A stretch of DNA of 32,407 nt, from positions 1-32,407 of the IMG/VR virus record IMGVR_UViG_3300025132_000161; one strand, written 5' to 3'. A model generated the notes under the pieces. That model was not told the origin of the DNA, ran no database searches, and saw only the letters and a program-made list of their open reading frames with translations. Both the position numbers and the translations under genes were made by a program. Positions 10,666 to 20,733 of this stretch are shown in pieces. How positions within the stretch are numbered: the stretch's first letter is position 1; the number at the start of each line of letters is the position of its first letter. Origin of the DNA: a virus (lineage: Duplodnaviria > Caudoviricetes).

Positions 10666-11688
10666 CTATATGATGTTGATTGAACTACTGCAATAAACTC
10701 TGGTAACTCCAGTGCTATCACGAATAATACTAAAAGTTAAAATATCATCATTTGCCGTAGATGGTGGGGGATTACCACCAACCCATTTAATACCCGATGC
10801 AACAGGAGTGCCGTTTACCTTAACTGCATCACCATAGGTGTATCCAATTCCAGAATTATTGATTAGTGTAACTGTAGTTGCCTTACTGTTTTGACCACTA
10901 ACATTAGTAAAGTCCCAAGTGGTAACTGATGTAGATAATCCACCTAATACAACCGATCCCTGTGAAACATCAACACTAAATGTACCGCCTGCACTCACAG
11001 TGAAAGTATCACTAAAGTTTCCTACAACTTTTTCCGTAATATCAGAATTAAAGTTGACCTGATCCATCAATGTACTTGCACCACTTACTTGGATATCTCC
11101 TCGTACATCCAATCTACATCTAGGAGCAGTAGAACCAATACCAGTGTAGGCTTCGTTAGTAACTACAAAAGACTTGTTATCTGATATTGCTGCATCGGAT
11201 ACTCGCAATCCATGTCCATTACCTTTTGCAACTGCCCATATAGTTGGTTTTTCGTTTGAGAATGATGCCACTTCCATCTGTGATGTTGGAAGTGATGTTC
11301 CAATACCCACCATACCATCAGCTTTGATACGGAACATTGTTGCAGCAAATCCAACTTCAACAGGTCCATCTGTAATCGCACCTGGCTGTTGAATTGTTAT
11401 CTTACCAATATCAGCATAACTTGTTGTTACGACACCAGATGTATTGATATCAATATTATCTGTGACGCTCGATGCCATACCAGCAAGAACAGATGTTGAT
11501 GCAATACCACAGTTAGTGGAGTACCCTGCTGTACTTGCAAAAGAAACAAAACTTACAAGATTAGTACCGTCTCCGAACTTATCGTATATCTCGTTAAAAT
11601 TATTATTGATCTTAATGGTCCCTGCCAATAGGGTATCGCCCGTCCCATCATTGGGAGCCGAACCAGTACTAATCCCTTGTTTAGCCAT
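10666..11688 (-). CDS. Baseplate/tail-fibre connector-like protein with a T4 gp9/gp10-family N-terminus
   Basis: 340 aa. Starts MAKQGISTGSAPNDGTGDTL...KINNNFNEIY (gp9/gp10 signature), has two fibre-type GIG(T/S)..P...(L/M)(D/E)V repeats and a C-terminal W.GG..P.......D.L.F domain. Confidence 0.75.
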   Translation of the reverse strand: MAKQGISTGSAPNDGTGDTLLAGTIKINNNFNEIYDKFGDGTNLVSFVSFASTAGYSTNCGIASTSVLAGMASSVTDNIDINTSGVVTTSYADIGKITIQQPGAITDGPVEVGFAATMFRIKADGMVGIGTSLPTSQMEVASFSNEKPTIWAVAKGNGHGLRVSDAAISDNKSFVVTNEAYTGIGSTAPRCRLDVRGDIQVSGASTLMDQVNFNSDITEKVVGNFSDTFTVSAGGTFSVDVSQGSVVLGGLSTSVTTWDFTNVSGQNSKATTVTLINNSGIGYTYGDAVKVNGTPVASGIKWVGGNPPPSTANDDILTFSIIRDSTGVTRVYCSSSINII

Positions 11689-11709
11689 TACTTAAAAACG
11701 TTTTTTCTT

Positions 11710-11717
11710 TATTTATA
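11710..11717 (-). promoter_or_regulatory. Perfect T4 late promoter TATAAATA
   Basis: Exact consensus in the 30-bp gap upstream of the 340-aa gene. Confidence 0.85.
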
Positions 11718-11718
11718 G

Positions 11719-14700
11719 TTAATATGGAGGGTTATCATCCATAGTCACCGAAGTGTCTGATCTTGTGATAACTGTTGAGTTGGATCTGTTAGTATCATAA
11801 TAGAAAGCAGTAGCCACTGTACTATTTGCAAGAGCTGTTCTTGCCTGTACAAATGTAGCATCACCAATCTGTTTTATCTTGACCAATTCATCATCTAATT
11901 TTAGTATATCACCCTTTGTAAGAGAACCAATACCAACACCAACTTTGATACCCTGATCAGATGATGAAACAGTATCTGTAACCTCTACTGATAACTTCTT
12001 ATTTTTAATAGGAGTTTGAATGATATTATCAACCAGAATCAAAGCTTGTTTGTTTGGTTCTGCAATCGTTAGTTTCTGGAAACCAGTTCCTAAACCAGTA
12101 AATGTGAAAGGAAGTGCAGTTGAGAGACCAGAAATTCTAAATTTAACGTCGTCTATCTTTTGAATAAACAACTCATCAGGCATGACATTTGTTCCTAACT
12201 CCACAGGAGATAGTGAAATATCATTAGTAGGTGATGTACCTCCTATGTATGTTCCAGCGATGGAAATTATATTAGTAGAAGCATATCCAGTTCCACCAGA
12301 TACCACATCTATGTTGGTAACATCTAAGTTGCCGTCTCTAGTAATATTAAAGACTGCACCAGATCCACCACCAGCTGGCACAGTTGATGGAACGTTACTA
12401 TATGTTGTTGTGATACCAGTTCTAGTTCCTGTCGTTTTGGTAACAGGGAAAGTGAGGTTGTTAGCTGGAGTTGCACCACCCAAATATGTTCCAGCAATAC
12501 TTACATTGTCGGTAACAAAATATCCAGTTCCACCGTTTGTTAGAACAACAGCAGTTGATATACATTGACCAGTGGTTTGATCAAAATCAAATCTAACTTG
12601 GAATGTAGCACCAGTACCTCTAGTAGAGATGCCAGGTACACCACCTTCTGCCATTCCAAATCCATATAATCTAAAGATTGGGCCTGGAGGATTCTCTGTG
12701 ACTGCAATTCCAGTAACAGGGCCTGGAATTTGCACATTAAATCCATTCTCAAACATTGCACTACCACCAATACCAGCAGTCTTTACACCCATGATAATAT
12801 CTTTTGTTCCTGTAGTATGAGATGTAATTGCAATACCAATCTTACTACCACCTTGAACATCCAATTTAACTGCTTGACCAGTCTGGAAGTTATGATTCTG
12901 AATATTAAGAAGATTATTTGTAAGATCAACGTTGATAGGACCGCCAGGGCCAGCATTAAATACCTTCTTAAATACAGGAACTCCACCTACAGAAAGTGAG
13001 AACTGTTTACTACCAACTAGTGTTCCTGTTCTATCATGAGCACCATTGAAACCAGAAGATATATCATCAAGATTCAAGACTTTATTAGTCTTGTTCATAA
13101 TGAAACTCTTGATTGGTCTACCTTCGGGGAAGAAGATTCTTTGAACAGATCCATTTGGTAACTGATCATCCTCAGTAACCATAGCAAAGTTATCTCTCTT
13201 ACCCATATAGATTTCATTATCAATGTTAAGGATAAGATCAACTTTAGTGTCTACTGCCTGAACTTTCATGTTAGTAGACTTGGCGATTCCTACAGTAGCC
13301 GCATTAGAGATAGGATCACTTTCTACAATAAGATCTGAAAACTCTAAGAAACCTGATGGGTGAACAATAGATCTTACCGCTTCTTTCCATGTAGTGTATG
13401 GTAACTTACTCTTGATTGAATATGAGAACTTCTGGAAGTAGAAGTTATCTGATAACCTCTGACTGAAATCATTGAGGATACCAACGTTCATGTCATTCTT
13501 AGAGACTTTATCTCTAGTAACATCAAGAGTCGTCCTAACACTAAATCTATTAACATCTCTTACACTACCTGATAGTTTAGAGACTTCGCCAAATAGTGTA
13601 TCGCCTGGTAAAAGAGTTCCAATAGTATCTCTCAATCTTAACTGACTGATCATACCGTTCCAACCACCTTCAGAAACAAAACCCTCAAACGCTCTTGATG
13701 TTACTTTCTCTCCAGAAACATACTTGGCATCATCAATAATTGTCATATTGAACTTCGCCATATCGTTGAAGTTTACAATAGACCCTAGAGTAAAGTCATC
13801 ATCATAAGCTCCCAATGTTACAGTAGAAATGCCAGGAGCATCTGACATATCAAATGTAACAGTTGAATTTACGGTATTAACACCAGTTACAGTATAGAAA
13901 GAGAAGTCATAATCAGCGGAGTTGAAATTACCCTGCCCTGCGGTTAGTGATGCTGGTTTGAGTCTACAGTTTTCAAGGAATACCTTATCACCAATAGCGA
14001 ATGGTAACTTAATGTCTGTAGATGCGTATCCTGTTGTGACGGGAATATTGAACTGTTGGTCTAAAAGAAGTTCAGCAGTTACAGTAGTACCACTGTGACT
14101 TATAGCATCAATATCATAACCATTGGAATTATTAGTTGTGATAATGCTAAGTGGTTCACTAAACTCAAAAGCATTCTCTATAATCTCAACTTTATCAACA
14201 GATCCACCTGATACACTGGCAGCAATTTTTACTTTATCATTTCCACGAACTGCAAGTGTAGGAGGTTGATTATATCTTATACCACCATCCACTACTTGAA
14301 TCTCATCCATTCTTGCAATACCACTGATATCAACAATAGCAGGGACAGCTAAGAATGGTAGTAGTGTAGGATCAGTAGGATAATCAAATCCGTCCTTGAT
14401 TCTTTCAAGAGTGTCAATCTGACCTATCTCTGGTGAAGATACTTTTACAATACCATCTTGACCTTGTGTACTAGCAAAACCTATAACTCTAGGAAGGATT
14501 GTATATCCCTTGCCTGGGAAGTTAATCTTAGTAGAGTTAATAGGTCCTCTAGCGTTCTTAGAAGAGGTGCTATATGTGATTGTGCTTACACCAACTCTAG
14601 ATATTAGTCTTTGTGGTTCAAGTGGTTTTTCTTTTAGGTTGAATGTAAATGTGGTATCATCTTTTTTGATAATATTATGATCAGTCGCAAGAACAACAGG

Positions 14701-17700
14701 TTTGAATGTAATATTGTTTCTGCCATTAACTTCGGTGTCTGATGAACCAAATGTTTTTCTAGTATCAGAAGGAACAACAGGAGTTAAGTTGTAGTATGAC
14801 TTTCTAGGCCATGCTATGTTAGTTTGGATCTTAACTGTAGCATTTGGGGTTCCAGTTATACCATCTCTTGCAATACTGAATCCAGTGGTATTAGTTCCAT
14901 TTACATCAAGTCTTTCTTTGAAATTAATGTCATCAAAGAAATCAAGTTTCATGTCTAAAAGACTTTGATCAGATACATCAAATGTAATTGAGTTTCCACT
15001 AGTAAATTCTAAAGATGGATTTATTCTAGCAAGATAACTTTGATTATTTGCAGATGCTTCCGTTACTGATGTTATTGCAACAGGATTAGAATCAAATACA
15101 TCAGACTTGTACTTACAAAGTTTGATTGCATCAGTATCCTCTCTAAGAATGAAATAACTTTCATTATGCACTAAACCAGTGATACTATTTCCACCATCGT
15201 AGAATACTACTTTATCGCCGTTCTCTAAGGAGTCATCATTGATATTAATCTTAGTTAAATCAGCGGAGAAGAAAGATATACCAAAACCAATTTTTTCAGT
15301 TGTTATTTTAGCAAGAACAGGGTCATATCTGAGGGTAACAGTTTCTGTAGACTGAGGAAGAGCTTCTAGAGTAATTACATCTCCAGTAAGTAATCCATGA
15401 GAAGAAGTTACTCCAACTTCACCAAAGAACCTATCTACCTTACTTGTTACTTTAGGATAGTTAGTGGTAAATGAATGTGCAAATCCAGCATTGGAAGCAA
15501 CAGGGTAGAACCATATTGCATCACCTGTAGTAGGAATACCAGTTGTAGATAGTCCAATAAAGTCCTGATCAAAATTAATTGCATATACATCAGAACCATC
15601 GGTTAATGTTTCAGTTCCTACACCAGAAGTTGCACCAGCAGATACTTTTGCCCACACAAGTGAGGTTCCGCCAATACCCATACTGTATGTCAGTTTCTGG
15701 CCAGTGAAGAACTTATGACCTTTGATGTAGATGTTTTGTTGAGGAACAAATCTGTTTTCTACACTTTGTTGAACAGCTGTGCTTAGACCAGTGAGAGTAA
15801 TTGTGTAATGTGTGCCTGTAGAACCCAAACCCACAGTTTGTAGTGGATTGAAATAGGTAATAGTATTCTCAAAGGTGAATCTAGTTACAGTTGATTGTCC
15901 AACAGGGAAAGAGAACTTAGTTGGTTTTAAAACAATGTTGTCAGTGCCTACTGCATGTGTCATAGCAGCACCAACATAGTTTTCTCTGTTTATGTAAAAT
16001 CTAGAGAACTGTTCATCAATACCAGTGATTGTAAATGTCTCAGTTCCTATTCCAATGGTATCATTGACCTCAAAACCATCTACGTCTGTTACATAGATGT
16101 TTGTACTAACACCTGATACACTAACATTTCCTAATTCTCTTGCAAGACCAGTTTTTCTGGAAATAACATTGACTTTTCTAGGACCATTGAATTCTGTGAA
16201 GTCAGCAGTGCTGATACCACTTAAAATAACAGTCTCACCATCTGTAATCTCATGTGGTACACTTGTAATACCAGTAATTGTATTTCTTGTCTTTACAAGC
16301 TCAGTTTCACGGAAAGTAGAGACTCCAATTTGTACGGTGTCTACTTCTTTACCTAAAACAGACCCAACAACGATATTTGCACCAGTTCCGTTAGTACCAA
16401 AGTTATCAAGCTCCAATAAGTCATCAACTTTGTATCCATCACCTCTAGAGAAGATTGTTACAGACGAAATACCAGAACTCTTAGTTTTAGTAACTGAAAA
16501 CTCTTGTTTTAGAGCATCTTTAACATCATCAATCAAATCATAGTCGGAATTACCATATGAGAGATAATATGGAGCTACATTTCTTGTAAGTTCTCTTTCG
16601 GTGATGTCAATGTCTTGATTAAAGAAAGTTACGAAGTTTTCTTCAATAGGAGTGTCTTTAAATGACCCACCAACCAAATATGGGAATTTTGGTTTAGCAA
16701 TACCACTAGAGTCAACGTCTACGCTGTAGAAGTAAGCATATACACCATCTGGATACTGTGGAGTAACGCAATAACGCCCACCGTGTACGTCTAGGTCTCC
16801 TGAGTTGTCAAAGATGTAATCATTGGTGAAATATCCAAAAGCAAAGCCAGGAGGTCTTAAACCCGATCTAAGAGTGGTATCAAGAATGTATCCTGACTGT
16901 AATCTTTGTATTGCTCCTCCTGTTGGAGTCTGATAACCATAAGGACCGTAAATTGGATTACCATCATAAGCAAATCCGAGTATAGGTGAGTGGAAAGCAT
17001 TAGGTGTCTCTAAATTACCAGAATCAATGTTGTCTCCAAGTTGATATCTAAGTTTTTGTGGAGGATAGATACCTATTGTCTGTAATTGGAAGGCAGGGTT
17101 AGTACTTGGCTTTGTAAGTAGTGAATCTGCATCATTGATGATAGCATCGTTTTTCTGAACTTGGTTTATCTTCCATTCACGAACATCTGCAATGAATTTA
17201 GCAGACTTACCTCTGTTTTGTAAATCTAGAGTAGTATCACTTGATCTATACCCAATACCACCATCAAGAATCCTTACACCAGTGATTTTATTGTCTGTAA
17301 TGATTGGTCTGATATCTGCAAAGTCTCCTGTGGGACTAAAGACATTAATATCCGAGTCTTCACGGTATCCTTTACCAGAAGCAAGAATTTGAACGTCTAC
17401 GATAGATCCACCAATGATAATTGGCTTTAATAGAGCGTTGAATACAACAGTTGAGATACCAACATCAGGTCTTCTATGGAAATCCATGATATTAGTGCAA
17501 CCATAACCAATGCCACCCTCTTCCAAGTAAACACTCTCGATAGATCCAAGAACTAAAGGTTCAAACTCTGGTTGAATTGCGGTTGTGCTACCAATAGCAG
17601 ATAAACTCTCTACATTTACAATAATAGGAGGATATTTGATTGTATGTTTGCCAAGTCCAATACTACGAATTACAGTTGTCTTATTTTTGTTATAATTGGT

Positions 17701-20700
17701 AAGATTTCTTTGTGTAGCAACTCCAACATCGCATAATCTAAATCTATTAGAGTCAATTACTTTAACTGCATATTGAGTGGTTGTGGAAAGTCCACCTATA
17801 GCAGTTCCATCTGTTGAATACTCAACAATTTCGCCATTATTGAAATTATGATTAAATGCAAGGATATAATCGTCTGATGTACTGATACCAGACTGCACAT
17901 CACCATTAGTTGGCCTACCCTGTACAATAACTTTCTTGTTTGAGTATCCAGAACCCTGTTCTTTAACATAAATTTTGGTTATTGTGTTTTTAGCAGTTAC
18001 CGTTGTAAAACTATGGAAACCAAAACTGATATTTCCGATATTTACAGTATTAATACCTGACTTAGCATCTTCTGGTGTTTTGTGTAACTTAATTTTCTTA
18101 TCATTGATTACACCAGCGAAATAAGTTGCACCATCAGTGACGTTAACAATAGGAGTGTTACCTCTTGAGTCATATACAATAGGTTCACCTAATTCAAAGT
18201 TATGTCTGTCGGGGAAAGTGATACTTTCATCAAATGTATCAACAGATGTACCATCAGCCTTGAAGTTAGCTACAATACGACCTCTAACTAAGTTAGACTC
18301 AAGGACGGCACCAGTTCCGTTACCACCTTCAACAGTAATCTTGGGTTTTTCTTGATATCCGATGCCAGGAGCAACCAATTTAACTTCTCGGAAGGATCCA
18401 GTAACATTAGCATGAGCAACACAACCAGTTCCTTGTTGATCGTTGATGACGAGTGGAGGTCCTGAGATAACATCGTAGTCTGTGCCTGAATTTGTAACTT
18501 TAATATCAGTAATATCACCGTGGAAGATCTCTTCATCAAAAACAGTCGGTGGAAATAGTTCAACACCGTTTGCCAATAAACCTACTGGTTTGTTATTGAT
18601 TAATCTCTGGTTTGGATCGTCAAAGAGATTTTTTTGTTTATATAAAGGATACTTTCTAAGTATCTTCTGGTTCTTAAGTGTTTTGTTTTCCCATCCTGAC
18701 TTATAGATGAACTGGCCAGAAGTATTAGTTCTTACTGCAATATACTTTTTAGCAAATACGTCAGAACCACTATATGACAAGTAAAACTCAGTTTGGTTGA
18801 TTGCAGTTACAAAATAGATACCACTACTGATGCCACTGTTAGTTGTATTGTCCCAATAAATCTTATCACCAGTTACATAGTTGTGATTTAGTGGAGGAGG
18901 TGTTGATAGAGTGACGTTGGTTGGGTCAAATGATCTGAGGGTATAAGTAAACCCACCGCCTAATAAAGGTGTCCCAAAACCGTCCACAACCTCAACTGTA
19001 GAACTTTTTACGAAGACTTTATTATCAGTTGCAAAAATAGGATAGTTAGGTAAACCAGAAGATGCAACGTAGAAGAATTCTTGAGCCTTATCTAAGTAAC
19101 TATTCTGAATACCAACAGGAAAGTCATCTACGCCTGGGAAATATCCTGAGTTGTGAGATGATTTAGTAACTGTCTTTGTAATTACTGTTGATTCTACTGG
19201 AATGGCTGTGGCAGTCTGAACAACAATCGTATTCGCATAAACTTTAGAAAGATTAGTTGCATCATACTCAATATCTTTGATTGTGATGCTAGAAGTGTCT
19301 CCAGCTTGGTTTCTAATGACTAATTCTTCACCAACATAGAAAACGACGGAATCAAAAAGGTTAATTCTATAAGTATTGACGTTTACTTGACTAATATTAG
19401 AAATACTGTGACTTGAAGGAATATTATAGATCCAATTATTGAATTGTGGAACATCACCTAAGTCTCTACCAAAAGAAAGCAACTTGAGTTTATCACCAAC
19501 TTGCATATTGGTAGATTGACTCGTATCTGCTTCACCAATAACGTTTACAATTCTAAATTGCAATAATGAGGTTTGTCCAAAACCAGCATAAGCGTATGCA
19601 AGTTTATTTTCAAGAATATCTGCACCAAAAACCAAAGAAGTTGTAATACCACTAACTCCTAAGAACTGGTTTATGGTTTTATCGTTATAAGTGATGTTTA
19701 GGAAGTTAGATCCTTTTGTAGGTCTTACAAGAAGACTTCCTGATTGACCAAATCCAACTGTAGAGTCAACTACAATAGTGCTTGATCCAGAACCAACAAT
19801 TTCAAGTGCTTTTGTTTTACCAGGCACTTCAAAGCTACCATCAAATGACGTAGCATCTAAAGATAACTCATAAAAGTCAGTTTGATTGATTGGTCTATAT
19901 TCAACATTGTAGATTGAAGCACTTACAGTACCAATTCCAGCAACATCTTGAAATAAGAAGTTACCAATAGATTGTAATGGTTGTCCACCGAATAAATTTT
20001 CAACTAAAATATGTTTAGTTTTGAAATATACGTTTGCAGAGGGTGTAAGTGTATTTTCAACAGGTTTTATAAGTTCAATGTCTTCACCATATAGAAGTTT
20101 AAAGAGAATCTGATATGAAGAGTCAGTTCCCTTCGACATATAGAAGTCTTTTGCCCTAGTTAAGATGTTTGTGACAGATACTCCACTTGTAAAAGATCTA
20201 TCTTCAAATCCAGGCAAGAATTCAGTCTTAAATTTAGAAAAGAATGTCTGTAAGAATAAATTACTTAAATTTACAACAGTAGATCCACTAGCATGTGCAT
20301 TTGCCTCAGTAATTGCAAAGCTTAGGAACTCTTGATTATCTTCTCTTGATATTTGATCAATACCACTAAACCCTCTAGAGCATCCTAGAAACTGTGTATC
20401 ATTTTTCGAGGTATATGTAATAACTTCGTTGTCAATCTTCAACAAACCATAAGTATCAGGCCAACCAGTAGTGGAAGTTACGTTTATAGTTGTTGATCCA
20501 GCAAAACAGGCTTGTGTAAGCTCAGTAGATGCTATTAAAGTCTCATTATTGAACGCACTTATCTTTCTATACTCAGCAAGGTTGTTTGCTAAGTCAGTTG
20601 TACCAGACTGATGTTCCTGTGATTCGTAATATTGGCTTAAAAAATCTTTGAATAGCGGAGATTCCGCATTTAAGAACTCAGGAATCTGAGACTCAATGAC

Positions 20701-20733
20701 ATGAGAGATTTTTACTCTTTTAATATCTGTCAT
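11719..20733 (-). CDS. gp7: Baseplate wedge initiator gp7-like giant protein with an internal YHYH-like domain
   Basis: 3004 aa directly after gp6. N-terminus VKISHVIESQIPEFL...FL.QYYESQE, FY.SKGT..S..ILFKLLYG, DNFYFQKFSYSIKS...W...V...VHPSGF..F, and HSPILGFAYDGNPIYGPYG...DLD.HGGRYCVTP.YP.GVYAYF. Confidence 0.85.
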   Translation of the reverse strand: MTDIKRVKISHVIESQIPEFLNAESPLFKDFLSQYYESQEHQSGTTDLANNLAEYRKISAFNNETLIASTELTQACFAGSTTINVTSTTGWPDTYGLLKIDNEVITYTSKNDTQFLGCSRGFSGIDQISREDNQEFLSFAITEANAHASGSTVVNLSNLFLQTFFSKFKTEFLPGFEDRSFTSGVSVTNILTRAKDFYMSKGTDSSYQILFKLLYGEDIELIKPVENTLTPSANVYFKTKHILVENLFGGQPLQSIGNFLFQDVAGIGTVSASIYNVEYRPINQTDFYELSLDATSFDGSFEVPGKTKALEIVGSGSSTIVVDSTVGFGQSGSLLVRPTKGSNFLNITYNDKTINQFLGVSGITTSLVFGADILENKLAYAYAGFGQTSLLQFRIVNVIGEADTSQSTNMQVGDKLKLLSFGRDLGDVPQFNNWIYNIPSSHSISNISQVNVNTYRINLFDSVVFYVGEELVIRNQAGDTSSITIKDIEYDATNLSKVYANTIVVQTATAIPVESTVITKTVTKSSHNSGYFPGVDDFPVGIQNSYLDKAQEFFYVASSGLPNYPIFATDNKVFVKSSTVEVVDGFGTPLLGGGFTYTLRSFDPTNVTLSTPPPLNHNYVTGDKIYWDNTTNSGISSGIYFVTAINQTEFYLSYSGSDVFAKKYIAVRTNTSGQFIYKSGWENKTLKNQKILRKYPLYKQKNLFDDPNQRLINNKPVGLLANGVELFPPTVFDEEIFHGDITDIKVTNSGTDYDVISGPPLVINDQQGTGCVAHANVTGSFREVKLVAPGIGYQEKPKITVEGGNGTGAVLESNLVRGRIVANFKADGTSVDTFDESITFPDRHNFELGEPIVYDSRGNTPIVNVTDGATYFAGVINDKKIKLHKTPEDAKSGINTVNIGNISFGFHSFTTVTAKNTITKIYVKEQGSGYSNKKVIVQGRPTNGDVQSGISTSDDYILAFNHNFNNGEIVEYSTDGTAIGGLSTTTQYAVKVIDSNRFRLCDVGVATQRNLTNYNKNKTTVIRSIGLGKHTIKYPPIIVNVESLSAIGSTTAIQPEFEPLVLGSIESVYLEEGGIGYGCTNIMDFHRRPDVGISTVVFNALLKPIIIGGSIVDVQILASGKGYREDSDINVFSPTGDFADIRPIITDNKITGVRILDGGIGYRSSDTTLDLQNRGKSAKFIADVREWKINQVQKNDAIINDADSLLTKPSTNPAFQLQTIGIYPPQKLRYQLGDNIDSGNLETPNAFHSPILGFAYDGNPIYGPYGYQTPTGGAIQRLQSGYILDTTLRSGLRPPGFAFGYFTNDYIFDNSGDLDVHGGRYCVTPQYPDGVYAYFYSVDVDSSGIAKPKFPYLVGGSFKDTPIEENFVTFFNQDIDITERELTRNVAPYYLSYGNSDYDLIDDVKDALKQEFSVTKTKSSGISSVTIFSRGDGYKVDDLLELDNFGTNGTGANIVVGSVLGKEVDTVQIGVSTFRETELVKTRNTITGITSVPHEITDGETVILSGISTADFTEFNGPRKVNVISRKTGLARELGNVSVSGVSTNIYVTDVDGFEVNDTIGIGTETFTITGIDEQFSRFYINRENYVGAAMTHAVGTDNIVLKPTKFSFPVGQSTVTRFTFENTITYFNPLQTVGLGSTGTHYTITLTGLSTAVQQSVENRFVPQQNIYIKGHKFFTGQKLTYSMGIGGTSLVWAKVSAGATSGVGTETLTDGSDVYAINFDQDFIGLSTTGIPTTGDAIWFYPVASNAGFAHSFTTNYPKVTSKVDRFFGEVGVTSSHGLLTGDVITLEALPQSTETVTLRYDPVLAKITTEKIGFGISFFSADLTKININDDSLENGDKVVFYDGGNSITGLVHNESYFILREDTDAIKLCKYKSDVFDSNPVAITSVTEASANNQSYLARINPSLEFTSGNSITFDVSDQSLLDMKLDFFDDINFKERLDVNGTNTTGFSIARDGITGTPNATVKIQTNIAWPRKSYYNLTPVVPSDTRKTFGSSDTEVNGRNNITFKPVVLATDHNIIKKDDTTFTFNLKEKPLEPQRLISRVGVSTITYSTSSKNARGPINSTKINFPGKGYTILPRVIGFASTQGQDGIVKVSSPEIGQIDTLERIKDGFDYPTDPTLLPFLAVPAIVDISGIARMDEIQVVDGGIRYNQPPTLAVRGNDKVKIAASVSGGSVDKVEIIENAFEFSEPLSIITTNNSNGYDIDAISHSGTTVTAELLLDQQFNIPVTTGYASTDIKLPFAIGDKVFLENCRLKPASLTAGQGNFNSADYDFSFYTVTGVNTVNSTVTFDMSDAPGISTVTLGAYDDDFTLGSIVNFNDMAKFNMTIIDDAKYVSGEKVTSRAFEGFVSEGGWNGMISQLRLRDTIGTLLPGDTLFGEVSKLSGSVRDVNRFSVRTTLDVTRDKVSKNDMNVGILNDFSQRLSDNFYFQKFSYSIKSKLPYTTWKEAVRSIVHPSGFLEFSDLIVESDPISNAATVGIAKSTNMKVQAVDTKVDLILNIDNEIYMGKRDNFAMVTEDDQLPNGSVQRIFFPEGRPIKSFIMNKTNKVLNLDDISSGFNGAHDRTGTLVGSKQFSLSVGGVPVFKKVFNAGPGGPINVDLTNNLLNIQNHNFQTGQAVKLDVQGGSKIGIAITSHTTGTKDIIMGVKTAGIGGSAMFENGFNVQIPGPVTGIAVTENPPGPIFRLYGFGMAEGGVPGISTRGTGATFQVRFDFDQTTGQCISTAVVLTNGGTGYFVTDNVSIAGTYLGGATPANNLTFPVTKTTGTRTGITTTYSNVPSTVPAGGGSGAVFNITRDGNLDVTNIDVVSGGTGYASTNIISIAGTYIGGTSPTNDISLSPVELGTNVMPDELFIQKIDDVKFRISGLSTALPFTFTGLGTGFQKLTIAEPNKQALILVDNIIQTPIKNKKLSVEVTDTVSSSDQGIKVGVGIGSLTKGDILKLDDELVKIKQIGDATFVQARTALANSTVATAFYYDTNRSNSTVITRSDTSVTMDDNPPY

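Noticed and set aside
10658-11718. Intron, intein or frameshift rejoining the two giant ORFs
   Set aside because: The insert has its own late promoter and a structural-type gene. No homing-endonuclease, splice or intein motifs were recognised, and both ORFs have clean ends.
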